A model generated the notes under the pieces. The model saw only the letters and a program-made list of their open reading frames with translations, was not told where the DNA came from and did not search any database. 64,000 nt of DNA from Macrostomum lignano (taxonomy: Eukaryota). The stretch is taken from positions 248,001 through 312,000 of the forward strand of contig NIVC01000990.1 in assembly GCA_002269645.1 (NCBI GenBank). Reading direction: 5' to 3'. The position numbers and the translations under genes are program-made. This document shows, in pieces, positions 48,951 to 62,954 of the stretch. Position 1 is the stretch's first letter, and each line of letters starts with the position of its first letter.

Positions 48951-49524
48951 CCTCTATTTTTCGTCTTCCACGAATGAGATGTGATGGTGGATCAGCTAAG
49001 GCAAACAGAAGTGGAGAGCTAGCGGGCTTTTTAGCATTAAATATTTAGTATATAGGATTTTAATCCGGTGCGTCGGCAGGGGGACAGTGGGAGCAATCCA
49101 GCTGTGGCCTGGATTACGCAATATCCTCCTGCCGTGCCTAGAACAGAAAATCTATTCATTTTTATGACTATTCAGGGCTGAAATAACAATGGCTGGACGA
49201 CTGCTGCGGGACTCAAAATGCGACACAATGAGTGAGTGAGTGGCTGGTTCTATGTTTATAGACTGTACACCTCTTTATAGGGCTGAGGGAGGCAGAGAGA
49301 AGAGAGAGAGGAGAGGAGATTTTAGAGAACAGGGAAGAAAGTTGCAGGGTGCAGCGAAATCTCCGATTGACTGATCAATTTGTTTGAACTGGATCGAATG
49401 GTTATGGAAAATGTTATTTGAACTATAATGCCTGGCTGCATATATAAACGATTTGGTTTCTCGTCTGAGATTTGAAAAGCATAAATATCAAATTTCATAT
49501 TTTCAATAAATTAGCATTTCGGCA

Positions 49525-50128
49525 TCAAATTCCAAGATCCCTAGTTAGAATCCCAAGATCCCGAGTTAGAATCCCAAGATCCCGAGTTAGAATCCCAAGA
49601 TCCCGAGTTAGAATCCCAAGATCCCAAGTTAGAATCCCAAGATCCCTAGTTAGAATCCCAAGATCCCGAGTTAGAATCCCAAGATCCCGAGTTAGAATCC
49701 CAAGATCCCGAGTTAGAATCCCAAGATCCCGAGTTAGAATCCCAAGATCCCGAGTTAGAATCCCAAGATCCCAAGTTAGAATCCAAAGATCCCGAGTTAG
49801 AATTCCACGATCCCAAGTTGGAATCCCACGATCCCAAGTTAGAATATTTTCAAGATCCTTAGTTAGAATCCCAAGATCCCTAGTTAGAATCCCAAGATCC
49901 CTAGTTAGAATCCCAAGATCCCTAGTTAGAATCCCAAGATCCCTAGTTAGAATCCCACGATCCCAAGTTAGAATATTTTCAAGATTCTTACTTAGAATCC
50001 CAAGATCCCTAGTTAGAATCCCACGATCCCAAGTTAGAATATTTTCAAGATCCCTAGTTAGAATCCCAAGATCCCTAGTTAGAATCCCAAGATCCCGAGT
50101 TAGAATCCCAAGATCCCAAGTTAGAATC
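49525..50128. repeat. 21-nt repeat GTTAGAATCCCAAGATCCCGA x~29 (intron 2)
   Basis: Direct reading. Confidence 0.95.
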
Positions 50129-51058
50129 TGATTGAATTCCCAGCTGCTATAGCATCGAAAATCACACCCCAGCCGGCAATGTGTCAAGCCCAATCAGATG
50201 TCAAAATGATGAGGATTATTATTAAATTATTGTCCAAACTAATAACACAAATTCTGTGACATCCCATCAAAAGAACAAACAGATTATTAGAATCTCCAGC
50301 AATGTCTGTTTGACATTCAGACTGGACAGATTTAAAGTAGAAAAAACAAACTTGCTTTATTGAAGGCCTGATTTTATAAACTCTCCCTTACCCTCTTGCC
50401 CTGAGGGGCATAGGAAAATGATGGCTGTGAAAAGGGGATAAAAAGGAAGGCTGGTGGGACGACAGACAGGAAGCCTCGTCCATTCCTCGGCATCATCAAA
50501 GCGAGCGACCTGCACCGGAGGGGACTCCAGAGGATTTATGGGATCCCCGCTGCGCCTCGCCCCCATGCGCGTGGACTCGTTGGCAATCCGGGAGATTAAG
50601 GAGAGATATCCTCCTATTGAAAACCACTACATACAGCCATAGCCTCACATATGCTTATGAGTCACCCCTTAGCTTGTCGTCCTCTAGCAGGAAACGGGCA
50701 GGCAGGCCTCTCCACTTTCCAAAATGGACTCGCAGATAGAAATGGAAATGTCAGCAACAGCGGGGGGGTTGCTTCTGTTGGCTTCCTTCCAAGTTCAAAT
50801 CCTCGGGTATTACGTAATTTACCTGTCGTCCCCTAACTATGGGCGCATTCGTACCCCTCGCGACTTGGACAGCGGCAAACTAAAGCCAGGGATTGCGGAA
50901 TTGCTTCATCTGCGCTGCCAGTCTGGCTGGCCGTCTGCTTTCGCAATTATTTCTGCTTAAGCTTGTTTTAACTAAAATGAAATGCGAAGAATGCGTTCGG
51001 CCACTCGCGGCTTTTATTGTTGGGACGCAAGAATTTATGGAATTTTCTTTCTGGGACC

Positions 51059-52305
<1,247 letters not shown>

Positions 52306-52864
52306 CTTGCCTATAAACACACCCAGAGTTCAGACGCGACATGAACAAAGGCAGCAGAGGCGGCAGGTGTGAGGCAAAGCTGGAGCCGCAGCCTGACCTT
52401 AAAGGCCGCGTTAACGCCAGGCTCCAGCGGTTGTATAATATACAGCCGCGTATTGGGGGGGGGGGGCGGCATGAACAGCTTCGAACGGCCTCTAAAATTT
52501 CCTAGAAACCGGACTGCAGCGCCCCCGCTACCCTTCCCTCTCCGGGTGGGCCTGCGGCTTTGCACTTGCTGCTGGTATGGCTGTTTGGGATGGGATGGGA
52601 TCTGGGAAACTGTTGGGATCCAGGATGAATATATTGCCAACCCAGCATCCCCCCTGAACTCCCAGGTGCTGGCAGGGCAACATCAAGTTACCGGTGCGGC
52701 TGTTTTTTCGACTGTGCAGCATCTTCGAGGCGCGCGCTCATTAAGTCAGGCAGGGCTAGAAGGGATGACTGTGCAGGGGTGAGGGCAGATTGATAGTATG
52801 GGCATAAAGATAGGGGAGATTCATCCCGATCCTGCCGCCCCATGCCGAGCTAAATTGAAAACTT

Positions 52865-53045
52865 TAGGGAGTTGCTGAGATGCTATGGCTCAATGGGAAG
52901 TTGCTGAGATGCCATGGCTCAATGAGGGAGTTGCTGAGATGCCATGGCTCAATGGAGGAGTTGCTGAGATGCCAATTGGCTGAATGGGGGAGTTGCTGAG
53001 ATGCCATGGCTCAATGGGGAGTTGCTGAGATGCCATGGCTCAAAG
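52865..53045. repeat. ~28-30-nt repeat GAGTTGCTGAGATGCCATGGCTCAATGG x~6 (intron 2)
   Basis: GCCATGGC palindrome in most units. Confidence 0.85.
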
Positions 53046-53507
53046 GTGGAGGTTAAGCTAGTTAGTTCTTGGCTTAAAAAAACCAATACTACAGAGCCAA
53101 AGGCCCCCCTTAGCATGTTTCTGAGTCAGTGCGCCTCCATTCTTGGAGCGGGCGGAATCAATAACTGAAGCATCCCCCCCCCCCCGGCTGAGTTGCTAGT
53201 CCAAGGGAAGGCGGACTGCCGGACTGATGAAGGGGCTTGGCACAGGGTAGAGAGAAGTCAGGGAGAAATCAGTCTGGAGAAAGAACTGCTGGCTCCAACT
53301 CTCCTCTCCTCTCTTCTCTCTCTCCAATTTAGCCTTAGTGGGAGAGAATTCTCCAGGATTTGGGATTCGGCTTAGTACGTATGTTTCCTCATCGGGGTTA
53401 GGGGGAAAAGAAGGTCCAGAATCCAGAGGGAGAGTGTGGCCGCGTATGAACGGATCAAAAGCTGGTTGGCCTCTCCGAGGCTCATCAAAAAATTGCTTTT
53501 TTTCTGC

Positions 53508-53541
<34 letters not shown>

Positions 53542-53884
53542 CTTCATACAGGCTGGGCTACACTGCATGCTATGCAATATGTATTAGATCTGGATTATAA
53601 GCAAAAACACTTCTTTACTCATAATCCATATCGATCTTGCTTTGAGCTGATGCCTGCTGAGTACTTAGCGTATTGTGCATTAGTTTGGGTACAATTTTAT
53701 TGGATACCCTAGCGGTCACGTGACTGACCAGATGTGCGCGTGTGCGTGTGTGTGCGAGATCTCGTGAGCGAGTAAGCGTATTCCTAGCATAGATTATATC
53801 TACATAATTTTCTACAATCCATCATCGATTTATAGAGATGCCTATAGAACACATTAGCTGCAAGCCTGAATATATCTATCAGAT

Positions 53885-54258
53885 AACAGATCCCAGGATC
53901 CCAGATCCGCAGATCCCAGATCCGTAGATTCCAGATTCCAGATCCAAGATCCCAGATCCAAGATCCCAGATCCCAAGACTCTAGATCCCAAGATCCCAGA
54001 TCCCAAGACTCTAGATCCCAAGATCCCAAGACTCTAGATCCCAAGATCCCAGATCCCAAAACTCCAGATCCCAGATAACAAGATCAAAGATCCGAAGACC
54101 CAAAATCCTAGATCCCAAGACTCCAGATCCAAAGATCCCAGATCCCAAGACTTCAGATCCCAAGATCCCAACATTCCAGATCCCAAGATCCCAACATTCT
54201 AGCTCCCAAGACTTCAGATGAATCAGATCCTAAGATCCCAACATTCCAGATCCCAAGT
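53885..54258. repeat. AGATCCC/AAGATCCC-based repeat abutting the exon 2 donor
   Basis: Direct reading. Confidence 0.9.
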
Positions 54259-54265
54259 CTCTCAC

Positions 54266-54709
54266 CCTTCTTGACGAGCATTTTGCTCGAGTGCACGACA
54301 GTCTCTCGGCCGTCCGGCCCAGCAACGGCGGCCTCGCAGAACAGGCGGTATTTCGGCAACCGCGACGATGCAGCTAAGAAGTCCGCATCCTCCGCCGCGG
54401 CCAGAATAGCGACGCTGCCGTCGCCGCGGTCATTGAACATCGAGCTGGTGTCCCCGGCGCCGACATAGTCGCTGTCGACCACCCGCGGTTTGCCGCCATC
54501 GTGGAGATTGTACTCCAGCTTCTCGAAGCGCCACCGGATGTTCACCGGGGTGCCCGACGTTGATATCGATGATCCCGACGATGTCGGAGGCTTGGTCGAC
54601 TGCGCACGACAGGAGACGATGGTGTCGGACGTGGTCGAGGACACCAGAAATTGCGCCGGCGGCTGCTGGCTGAACACCGGAGACACCGGGTCCTTGTCAC
54701 TGCTCGAGT
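54266..54709 (-). CDS. Dscam: Dscam exon 2: Ig1
   Basis: Acceptor cccag|AC (an in-frame alternative lies 6 nt upstream at 54715), donor G|GTGAGA. 444 nt, phase 1-1. PVFSQQP..VSCRA..RW..LFCEA. Confidence 0.85.
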
Positions 54710-54777
54710 CTGGGACTGGAGTCATTGGGAAGGGGTGTCGGAGTTCGTTTGGAGTCCCGGTTTTGCAATTATTGAAA

Positions 54778-55740
54778 TTCTGATCCCTGATCTGGGGATC
54801 TGATTCCTGTTTTGTGATTCTGATCCCTGTTTTTGGATTCTGATTTCCCTGTTTTGGGATTCTGATCTCCCTGTTTTGGGATTCTGATCTCCCTGTTTTG
54901 GGATTCTGATCTCCCTGTTTTGGGATTCTGATCTCCCTGTTTTGGGATTCTGATCCCTATTTTGGGATTCTGATCCCTGTTTTGGGATTCTGATTTCCCT
55001 GTTTTGGGATTCTGATCTCCCTGTTTTGGGATTCTGATCTCCCTGTTTTGGGATTCTGATCCCTGTTTTGGGATTCTGATTTCCCTGTTTTGGGATTCTG
55101 ATCTCCCTGTTTTGGGATTCTGATCTCCCTGTTTTGGGATTCTGATCCCTATTTTGGGATTCTGATCCCTGTTTTGGGATTCTGATTTCCCTGTTTTGGG
55201 ATTCTGATCTCCCTGTTTTGGGATTCTGATCTCCCTGTTTTGGGATTCTGATCCCTATTTTGGGATTCTGATTTCCCTGTTTTGGGATTCTGATTCCTGT
55301 TTTAGGATTCATATCCCTATCCTTGGGATTCTGATCCCTGTTTTGGAATTCTGATCCCTGTTTTAGGATTCATATCCCTATCCTTGGGATTCTGATCCTT
55401 GTTTTGGATTCTTATCCCTATCCTTGGGATTCTGATCCCTGTTTTGGAATTCTGGTCCCTGTTTTAGGATTCATATCCCTATCCTTGAGATTCTGATCCT
55501 TGTTTTGGGATTCTGATCCCTGTTTTGGGGATTCATATCCCTACCTTTTGAGAATTGGGATTCTGATCCCCGTTCTGGGATTCTGATTTCTGTTTTGGGA
55601 TTCTTATCCCTATCTTTTGGATTCTGATCCCTGTTTTGGGATTCTTATTGCTTTCTTTGGGATTCTGATCTCTGTTTTGGAATTCATATCCCTGTATCTT
55701 TAGGATTCTAAACCCTGTTTTGCGATTCTTATCTCTTTCT
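54778..55740. repeat. 20/22-nt repeat CTGTTTTGGGATTCTGAT(CT)CC (intron 1, near the exon 2 acceptor)
   Basis: Direct reading. Confidence 0.93.
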
Positions 55741-56764
55741 TAAGGAGTTACTGATCCAGCTATTATCGGCATTTCAAACCAGCATGCTGCAAATATTCTG
55801 CATATTATTTAACTCAAGCCCTATAAAGTTCACAGTCGATCCACACGGTCTAAGCATTAAAAAATCAATAATACCCGTAATTAGTACATTCTAACAAGCT
55901 CATATAAAAGTGCAGAGTCCATTATTTCTCCACTTAACATTAATAAGTTACGATTGTCATTCCTATTCAATCAATCATCACTTCCATCAATGAAATGCTT
56001 GAATGCTTTGAAGGCAGGAACAATTGACAATTATGATATTAAATCAAGTACAGTATTGCCATACATGTAGCGTTACTGCTAAGAGAAGCGTGTACAGAGA
56101 AGAGCATTATATTAGAAGCCCTAAATACTATGCACAGATCTGATTGACAGGTGCGCGAGGAAGGGTGGAAAGAGAAGCGAGAGGAAAGAGGGAAGGAATG
56201 ACTGACTGAATGGGGCAAATTCAGACTGTTCTATGCTCATGTTTAGTCACTGCCAGTCAGCCAGTGTTATAAAAAAGGAATAAGTGAGTCAGCCAGCCTC
56301 CTTAATTTTTCACCTTTAAACACATCTCAACGCAAACTGCATCAAACGCACAATGGTGTGAAGTAAGCTCTATAGTAGAACAAAGACCAGTCTCTTCCAG
56401 CTGACCAGCAAGCAACTAGCAGTGTTTGTTCTTTGTGAGAACTTTTCTCGCTAGAATTAGACAGCAGATTAACAAAGAGCCGCTGTTCAAACAATAATAT
56501 ACTATTACTATGCAGAACTATTGTGGATATCGTAATATAATGGATTAGTCACCGAAATACCACAATAAGTAAACTCAAATTATGGAATTTATGCCGCACC
56601 GTGACTCAGACAGGAAAAAATACAATTAACTAAGGACAGATCAGACAAAGAAGTACTTTATACAGGAAACAGGCTTCCAGTTACAGTTGCAAGACAAAAT
56701 GCAAGTGGATTCGGAATTAGGATAATCTTTCTTAACACTGCTTGAAAGCATTGATGGAGCAGCA

Positions 56765-57188
56765 TAAGTAACTGAGGATCTGGGAGGCTGGCCGCAGTAA
56801 CTGAGGATCTGGGAGGGTGGCCCCAGTAACTGAGGATCTAGGAGGGTGGCTCAGCAACTGAGGATCTGGGAGGCTGGCTCAGCAACTGAGGATCTGGGAG
56901 GGTGGACCCAGAAACTGAGGATCTAGGAGGGTGGCTCAGCAACTGAGGATCTGGGAGGCTGGCTCAGCAACTGAGGATCTGGGAGGGTGGACCCAGAAAC
57001 TGAGGAGCTGGGAAGCTGACCCAGCAACTGAGGATCTGGGAAGCTGACCCAGCAACTGAGGATCTGGGAAGCTGACCCAGCAACTGAGGATCTGGGAAGC
57101 TGACCCAGCAACTGAGGATCTGGGAAGCTGACCCAGCAACTGAGGATCTGGGAAGCTGACCCAGCAACTGAGGATCTGAGAAGGTGCA
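56765..57188 (-). repeat. 28/29-nt minisatellite (reverse complement CCCAGATCCTCAGTTGCTGGG..), inverted relative to 61443-62397
   Basis: Direct reading. Confidence 0.93.
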
Positions 57189-57427
57189 GGCGACCCGAAT
57201 TCAAGGACAGCCTTGAGACCGGGGAACGATACATGGACGGAAGGTAAGGCCACTCTTTGAACCCGTTTTTATCTTTTTCTTACTCGAATAACCGCAAGGG
57301 TATGCAGCCACAGAGATAATGCAATTGGCAATGACTCAGTCACTGTCGAAAATGTCCAATTTTACAACTTTAAACATAAATTGGTCTTTAACTCTTGTAT
57401 ACCCTGCCATGCACCCACTGTATAAGC

Positions 57428-58035
57428 TTGTGGGCGGCTAACTCCCGCCATGGGGCCACATGCGGCCAGCGAAGCCTCTATCTGGCCCTCGGGTCCTTTG
57501 AAAATTTAACAGTAGCAATCCGGCCAGCTTAAGGTTTGTGTCTCTTCTCTCGTCTCGTCTCTCATCTCCTCTCCTCTCCTCTCTCTTCTCTCGTCTCGTC
57601 TCTCCTCTCCTCTCCTCTCTCTTCTCTCGTCTCTCCTCTCCTCTCCTCTCCTCTCCTCTCTCTTCTCTCCTCTCCTCTCCTCTCCTCTCTCTTCTCTCCT
57701 CTCTTCTCTCCCATCTTCTCTTCTTCTCTTCTCTTCTCTTCTCTCCTCTCCTCTCCTCTCCTCTCCTCTCCTCTCCTCTCTCTTCTCTCCTCTTCTCTCC
57801 CATCTTCTCTCTTCTCCTCTCTACTCGCTTCTCTTCTCTCTCGTATCTTCTCTCCTATTCTCTCGTCTCCTATTCTCTCCTCTACTCCCCTGTCTCGCGA
57901 CTCGACTCGTCTCTCCTCTCCTCTCTTCTTTTCTTCTATTCCCTCTCCTCTCTCCCCTCTTGTGGCCCCGCAGTCAAGCGCTAGATTCTCTATCTGGCCT
58001 TCGAGGTAAAATAAAAAACTTTGCCCCGACCCCTT
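57428..58035. mobile_element. Degenerate hAT-type MITE with internal CT-rich expansion
   Basis: Left GGGCCACATGCGGCC..ATCTGGCCC and right TGTGGCCCC..AAAAAACTTTGCCCCGACCCTTG resemble Charlie-like MITE ends. Flanks GTATAAGC / GTATAAAT. Confidence 0.5.
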
Positions 58036-58492
58036 GGTATAAATAAACTCATAAAAAACCAAGGAGCCTGCCGCACTCACGGCGCCACTGTAAGAAGAGA
58101 GAGAGAGAGCATCATAAAATACGCTGGCATACCGAAGGAACTCGGAAGCAACTTTGACCTTTGCTATCTCTAATTTGTCTATTAGTATGAACAGCGGCAG
58201 TTGAGGCAGTCGGGCAGGCAAAGCAGACTTTGCTGCGCAATTCCGTTTTAAAAAAAGACTTAACTCAACTGCATGGCCTTCTAAAACGCAATTAGAGATA
58301 CCAGAATCCACTGCGCCGGGTTATGACAATTAATCAAGTGCGCTTTTCTGCACAGGAAATTATAGTATAAAGGTTCCTCTTATCTGTCTGAGAAGTGTTT
58401 AGTTTAGTTTTAGTAAGTTGAACAATGACATACCCGAGCTCTCTAAATCTAAAATAGACTTATAAAATGGAGTCCGATTCTATGTTATACAG

Positions 58493-58670
58493 CATGGACG
58501 TCGTGTCATAGCACATGCCATAGAACATGGACATGCCATGTCATAGCACATGCCATAGAACATGGACACGCCATGTCATAGCACATGTCATAGAACATGG
58601 ACATGTAATGTCAGAGCACATGTCATAGAACATGGACATGCCATGTCATAGCACATGTCATAGAACATGC
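58493..58670. repeat. 35-nt CATG-rich repeat x~5
   Basis: CATGGACATGCCATGTCATAGCACATGCCATAGAA. Confidence 0.88.
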
Positions 58671-59337
58671 TGTCATGGAACCTAATAACAAATTTATCTA
58701 TACAGTGCTGCTGCTTACCGTTGTATAATAATAATCATATTAATCATATTTCGCATAATTTTCAGTTCTCCACCCAGTTCATTTTTTGGGCGACGAGGAA
58801 GCAAGCCAGGGCCGGTTTTAAGGGAGAAAACTTCCCCCCCCCCACTCAGTCCCTGCTTTCCGTCTCCCTCCCTTCACTGTTCACTCTACCCTCAGAACCG
58901 TGCTCACGGGTTTTGAGTCAGGAGAGGAGAGCCGCTGCTGCTCTGCCCCACCCTTCAACTGTACCAATTAATGCAAACCAAATGCCTCAGATTATGTATA
59001 ACCTTGAGCTAGTGAGCATTTCCAGCTCACTCTCCCATAATATTCCCAAAATCTTCTCTCCCCCCCCAATCGCCTTTTTTATGAATTCCCAAACTTCATT
59101 CAACCCTCTGAATAGCAAAGCAGAAAATTCTTCCCCTATACACTTTCTCTCCTCACGTCACCGTCACCACCCACCACTCTTCAGGCAGATCCTCTCACTC
59201 TGTGAGTCGCTGACTCAGTCAGGTATTTTGAGCAGTATGGGGCTGAGTAGCCGTTGACAATTTTATATCTAGAATATAGAGTTTGCAATTAATTTAGAAA
59301 CTAGATCATATAATAATGATTAGTGCTTGATAATAGG

Positions 59338-60122
59338 ACAACCTGACAGTTCATTTGACAACCCAACAGTTCATTAGACAACCCGACAGTTCATTTGACA
59401 ATCCGACAGTTCATTTGACAACCCAACAGTTCATTAGACAACCCGACAGTTCATTAGACAACCCGACAGTTCATTTGACAACCCGACAGTTCATTACACA
59501 ACCCAACAGTTCATTAGACAATCCGACAGTTCATTAGACAACCCGACAGTTCATTAGACAACCCGACAGTTCATTTAACAACCCGACAGTTCATTTGACA
59601 ACCCGACAGTTCATTAGACAACCCGACAGTTCATTAGACAACCCGACAGTTCATTAGACAACCCGACAGTTCATTAGACAATCCGACAGTTCATTAGACA
59701 ACCCGACAGTTCATTAGACAACCCGACAGTTCATTTAACAACCCGACAGTTCATTTGACAACCCGACAGTTCATTAGACAACCCGACAGTTCATTAGACA
59801 ACCCGACAGTTCATTAGACAACCCGACAGTTCATTTAACAACCCGACAGTTCATTAGACAACCCAACAGTTCATTAGACAACCCGACAGTTCATTTGACA
59901 ACCCGACAGTTCATTACACAACCCAACAGTTCATTAGACAATCCGACAGTTCATTAGACAACCCGACAGTTCATTACACAACCCAACAGTTCATTAGACA
60001 ACCCGAAAGTTCATTTAACAACCCGACAGTTCATTTGACAACCCGACAGTTTATTACACAACCCAACAGTTCATTTGACAACCCGAAGTTCATTAGACAA
60101 CCCGACAGTTCATTTGACAACC
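59338..60122. repeat. 20-nt repeat ACAACCCGACAGTTCATTAG x~39 (intron 1)
   Basis: Direct reading. Confidence 0.95.
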
Positions 60123-61442
60123 TACAGACTGTGTCTGAATTCTGTTAATGCAAAGTTGCCAAACTGACTGACAGACTGACTGACAAGTTTACAAAGATCA
60201 GAAAGTTTCGCTTACGATTGATTACAAGAAGTCATACTCGAATTACTGCGAGTCACCGTAATATCACCGTTCAAACTTAATTGATCGCTGCTCTATAGTG
60301 TAAGCTTTCTAACGTAAATGAGTAGAGAGCTATCGAGTGTATTAAAGTGAGAGAAAACTGTCACTCTATGCATTCTAGACAGAAACGCATTAGCGATGGC
60401 CTCGTCGCCAAAAGAAAGAAAGCCACCAGGCAGACAGGCAAAGTCAAACAACATTCTGCTTTTAAGCGCATTATGCAGACTATATGTGGTGTATTACAAC
60501 CTGGAACAGGCCATACAGGTGTGTGCGCCTCTGCCCCTCCCACATGACCTGGTCCTGTTCTTGTCACCTACCTCACCCTGGCTGTTTGCCAACTGCTTCT
60601 AAAAGCAGAAAGATTTCTATTAAAGAATCTTTAAAAAATGGGATGCTGCTGTCGGCCTGCAGAAACTTGGAAGGAATGGGAGGGAAATTTTTCACCGACT
60701 TCGTGCCCGCCAACTATAAGTTTGTCATGGTTTCTGTGCATGTGTGTGTGTCTCTTACTAATTTTTTGCTTTCTCTCCTGCCAGATGCAAGCGCTTGAAG
60801 CAGAAGACAGTCTCCTGCAGCGGTCAAGCGGCAGCCAAGCGGCTCCTTCTACCCTGCAGTCTCCCAGATTTTGTCAATCACGGAGCGCGGGACGCGGAAA
60901 AAGTATAGGAGGGGGGGGTCTCCTGCAGTCCAGACTCTTCCTCATCATCCCTCATGCCTGCCTGCCTGTTTTGGCAGAGGATGGAAAATTGGTAAATCTA
61001 ATTCATTCGTTACAACACGCAGGCCTTCCTATAGCACTAGCACTCTCTCGCTTTACACTGTTTTCTGGCACAGATTCGGACTATGGGTTCGGGTTCCGTT
61101 GGGTTGCTGCTGTTGCTGCCTCCGCCTCCCACTTGAATCCAACATCGATCGATCCCATAACAAAGTCCTCAACTGCTCCCTCCTATTAATATTTAGCCGC
61201 TTAGCTGGACCAAAAAAACGGAAAAGGAGAGAAGGGGAACGGAAAAAACTGCTACAGTACAGTTTCGCCTTTTTGATTTATCACAGCCTAGTATAGCGGT
61301 ATGAATGCATTGGGGTTCCTTGGTGGGAAGGGAATCCCGTTAGCCATATGTACGCTTTTATCAGTAATCCATGCACAATCAGATCTGTTTTGACATTCCA
61401 AACATTGAATTTAAGGTTTTTGTTGCTCGACTAGTGGCCACT

Positions 61443-62397
61443 GCTGCACCCTCTCAGTTCCTCACTTGCTGGGCTGTCAGCCTCCCAGATCCTCAGTTTC
61501 TGGGTCCACCCTCCCAGATCCTCGATTTCTGGGTCCACCCTCCCAGATCCTCGGTTTCTGGGTCCATCCTCCCAGATCCTCGGTTTCTGGGTCCACCCTC
61601 CCAGATCCTCGGTTTCTGGGTCCATCCTCCCAGATCCTCGGTTTCTGGGTCCACCCTCCCAGATCCTCGGTTTCTGGGTCCACCCTCCCAGATCCTCGGT
61701 TTCTGGGTCCACCCTCCAGGATCCTCAGTTGCTGGGCCAGCCCCCCAGATCCTCAGTTGCTGAGCCACCAGCCTCCCAGATCCTCAGTTGCTGGGCCAGC
61801 CCCCCCAGATCCTCAGTTGCTGAGCCACCAGTCCCCAGATCCTCAGTTTCTGGGCCAGTCTCCCAGATCCTCAGGTACTGGGCCAGCCTCCCAAATCCTC
61901 AGTTTCTGGGCCAGCCTCCCAGATCCTCAGTTACTGGGCCAGCCTCCCAAATCCTCAGTTTCTGGGCCAGCCTCCCAGATCCTCAGTTGCTGGGCCAGCC
62001 CCCCCCGCCCAGATCCTCAGTTGCTGAGCCACCAGTCTTCCCAGATCCTCAGTTACTGGGCTACCCTCCCAGATCCTCAGTTTCTGGGCCAGCCTCCCAG
62101 ATCCTCAGTTTCTGGGCCAGCCTCCCAGATCCTCGGTTGCTGGGCCAGCCTCCCAGATCCTCAGTTGCTGGGCCAGCCTCCCAGATCCTTAGTTGCTGGG
62201 CTAGCCGCCCAGATCTAGTTGCTGAGCTACCAGTCTCCCAGATCTAGTTGCTGAGCTACCAGTCTCCCAGATCCTCAGTTTCTGGGCAGTCTTCCAGATC
62301 CTCAGTTTCTGGGCCAGGCCAGTCTCCCAGATCCTCAGTTGCTGGGCCAGCCTCCCAGATCCTCAGTTGCTAGGGCCTCCCTCCCATATTCTCAGTT
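61443..62397 (+). repeat. 28/29-nt minisatellite CCTCCCAGATCCTCAGTTTCTGGGTCCAC (intron 1)
   Basis: Direct reading; same family as 56765-57188. Confidence 0.93.
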
Positions 62398-62428
62398 CAC
62401 TATTATACAGATTTGATTAAATTTGAAA

Positions 62429-62561
62429 GCGGTTAAAGCGTCAGACTTGCGACTTGATGGTCGCGGGTTCGATTCCCGATCACACTGGAGTCTGGAGAAA
62501 TTTGTGTCCTTGAGAAAGACACTCAACTCTGCATTGCTTCAGTTCACCCAGCTATAAAATG
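62429..62561 (+). mobile_element. tRNA-derived SINE, family A, 3'-truncated copy in Dscam intron 1
   Basis: GGGTTCGATTCCC B-box plus GTGTCCTTGAGAAAGACACTCAACTCTGCATTGCTTCAGTTCACCCAGCT. Confidence 0.75.
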
Positions 62562-62647
62562 TCGGTTGCACATCTGCCCATTGGGGCAGGTGTAATCAAT
62601 TATTACACTATTATTATTTGAAATGCAAATACAAAAGTTTTACTCAC

Positions 62648-62753
62648 TGTCTTGGATCACGAGAGTGGCCGATCGGCCGAGTAATAACAACAATCCGAGC
62701 GCGCATATTTGAATCGAAAGTTTCCAGGAAGTGCAGCTCCAATGCTGAGGCAT
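62648..62753 (-). CDS. Dscam: Dscam exon 1: signal peptide MPQHWSCTSWKLSIQICALGLLLLLGRSATLVIQD
   Basis: ATG at 62753, hydrophobic core ICALGLLLLLG, donor A|GTGAGT in phase 1 matching the exon 2 acceptor. Too short for the ORF track. Confidence 0.8.
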
Positions 62754-62946
62754 TATTCAATTCAGATGACGGAATTATCTTCTTTCTTTGACAATTAAAA
62801 ACTAATTAAGAATATAAAATAAATTAATTGGCTATAAATTCAATATTGAACTTGGCCGCTTCGCCCGGCATAGCTGGCTTAATTCTTGATCTCTGTTACA
62901 ACCAGCGCTTCGTAAGTCTGTGTAGATTAACGAAATCCCGATAGCT

Positions 62947-62954
62947 TGACGTCA
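62947..62954. promoter_or_regulatory. Perfect CRE palindrome TGACGTCA about 200 bp upstream of the Dscam ATG
   Basis: Exact motif in a repeat-free region upstream of exon 1; function unproven. Confidence 0.3.

Noticed and set aside
53215-53280. CTGATGA..GAAA hammerhead-like core
   Set aside because: No stem II complementarity between the two core segments.
57190-57250. Plus-strand ATGGACGGAAG|GTAAGG mini-exon
   Set aside because: Isolated donor with no matching downstream coding exon identified.
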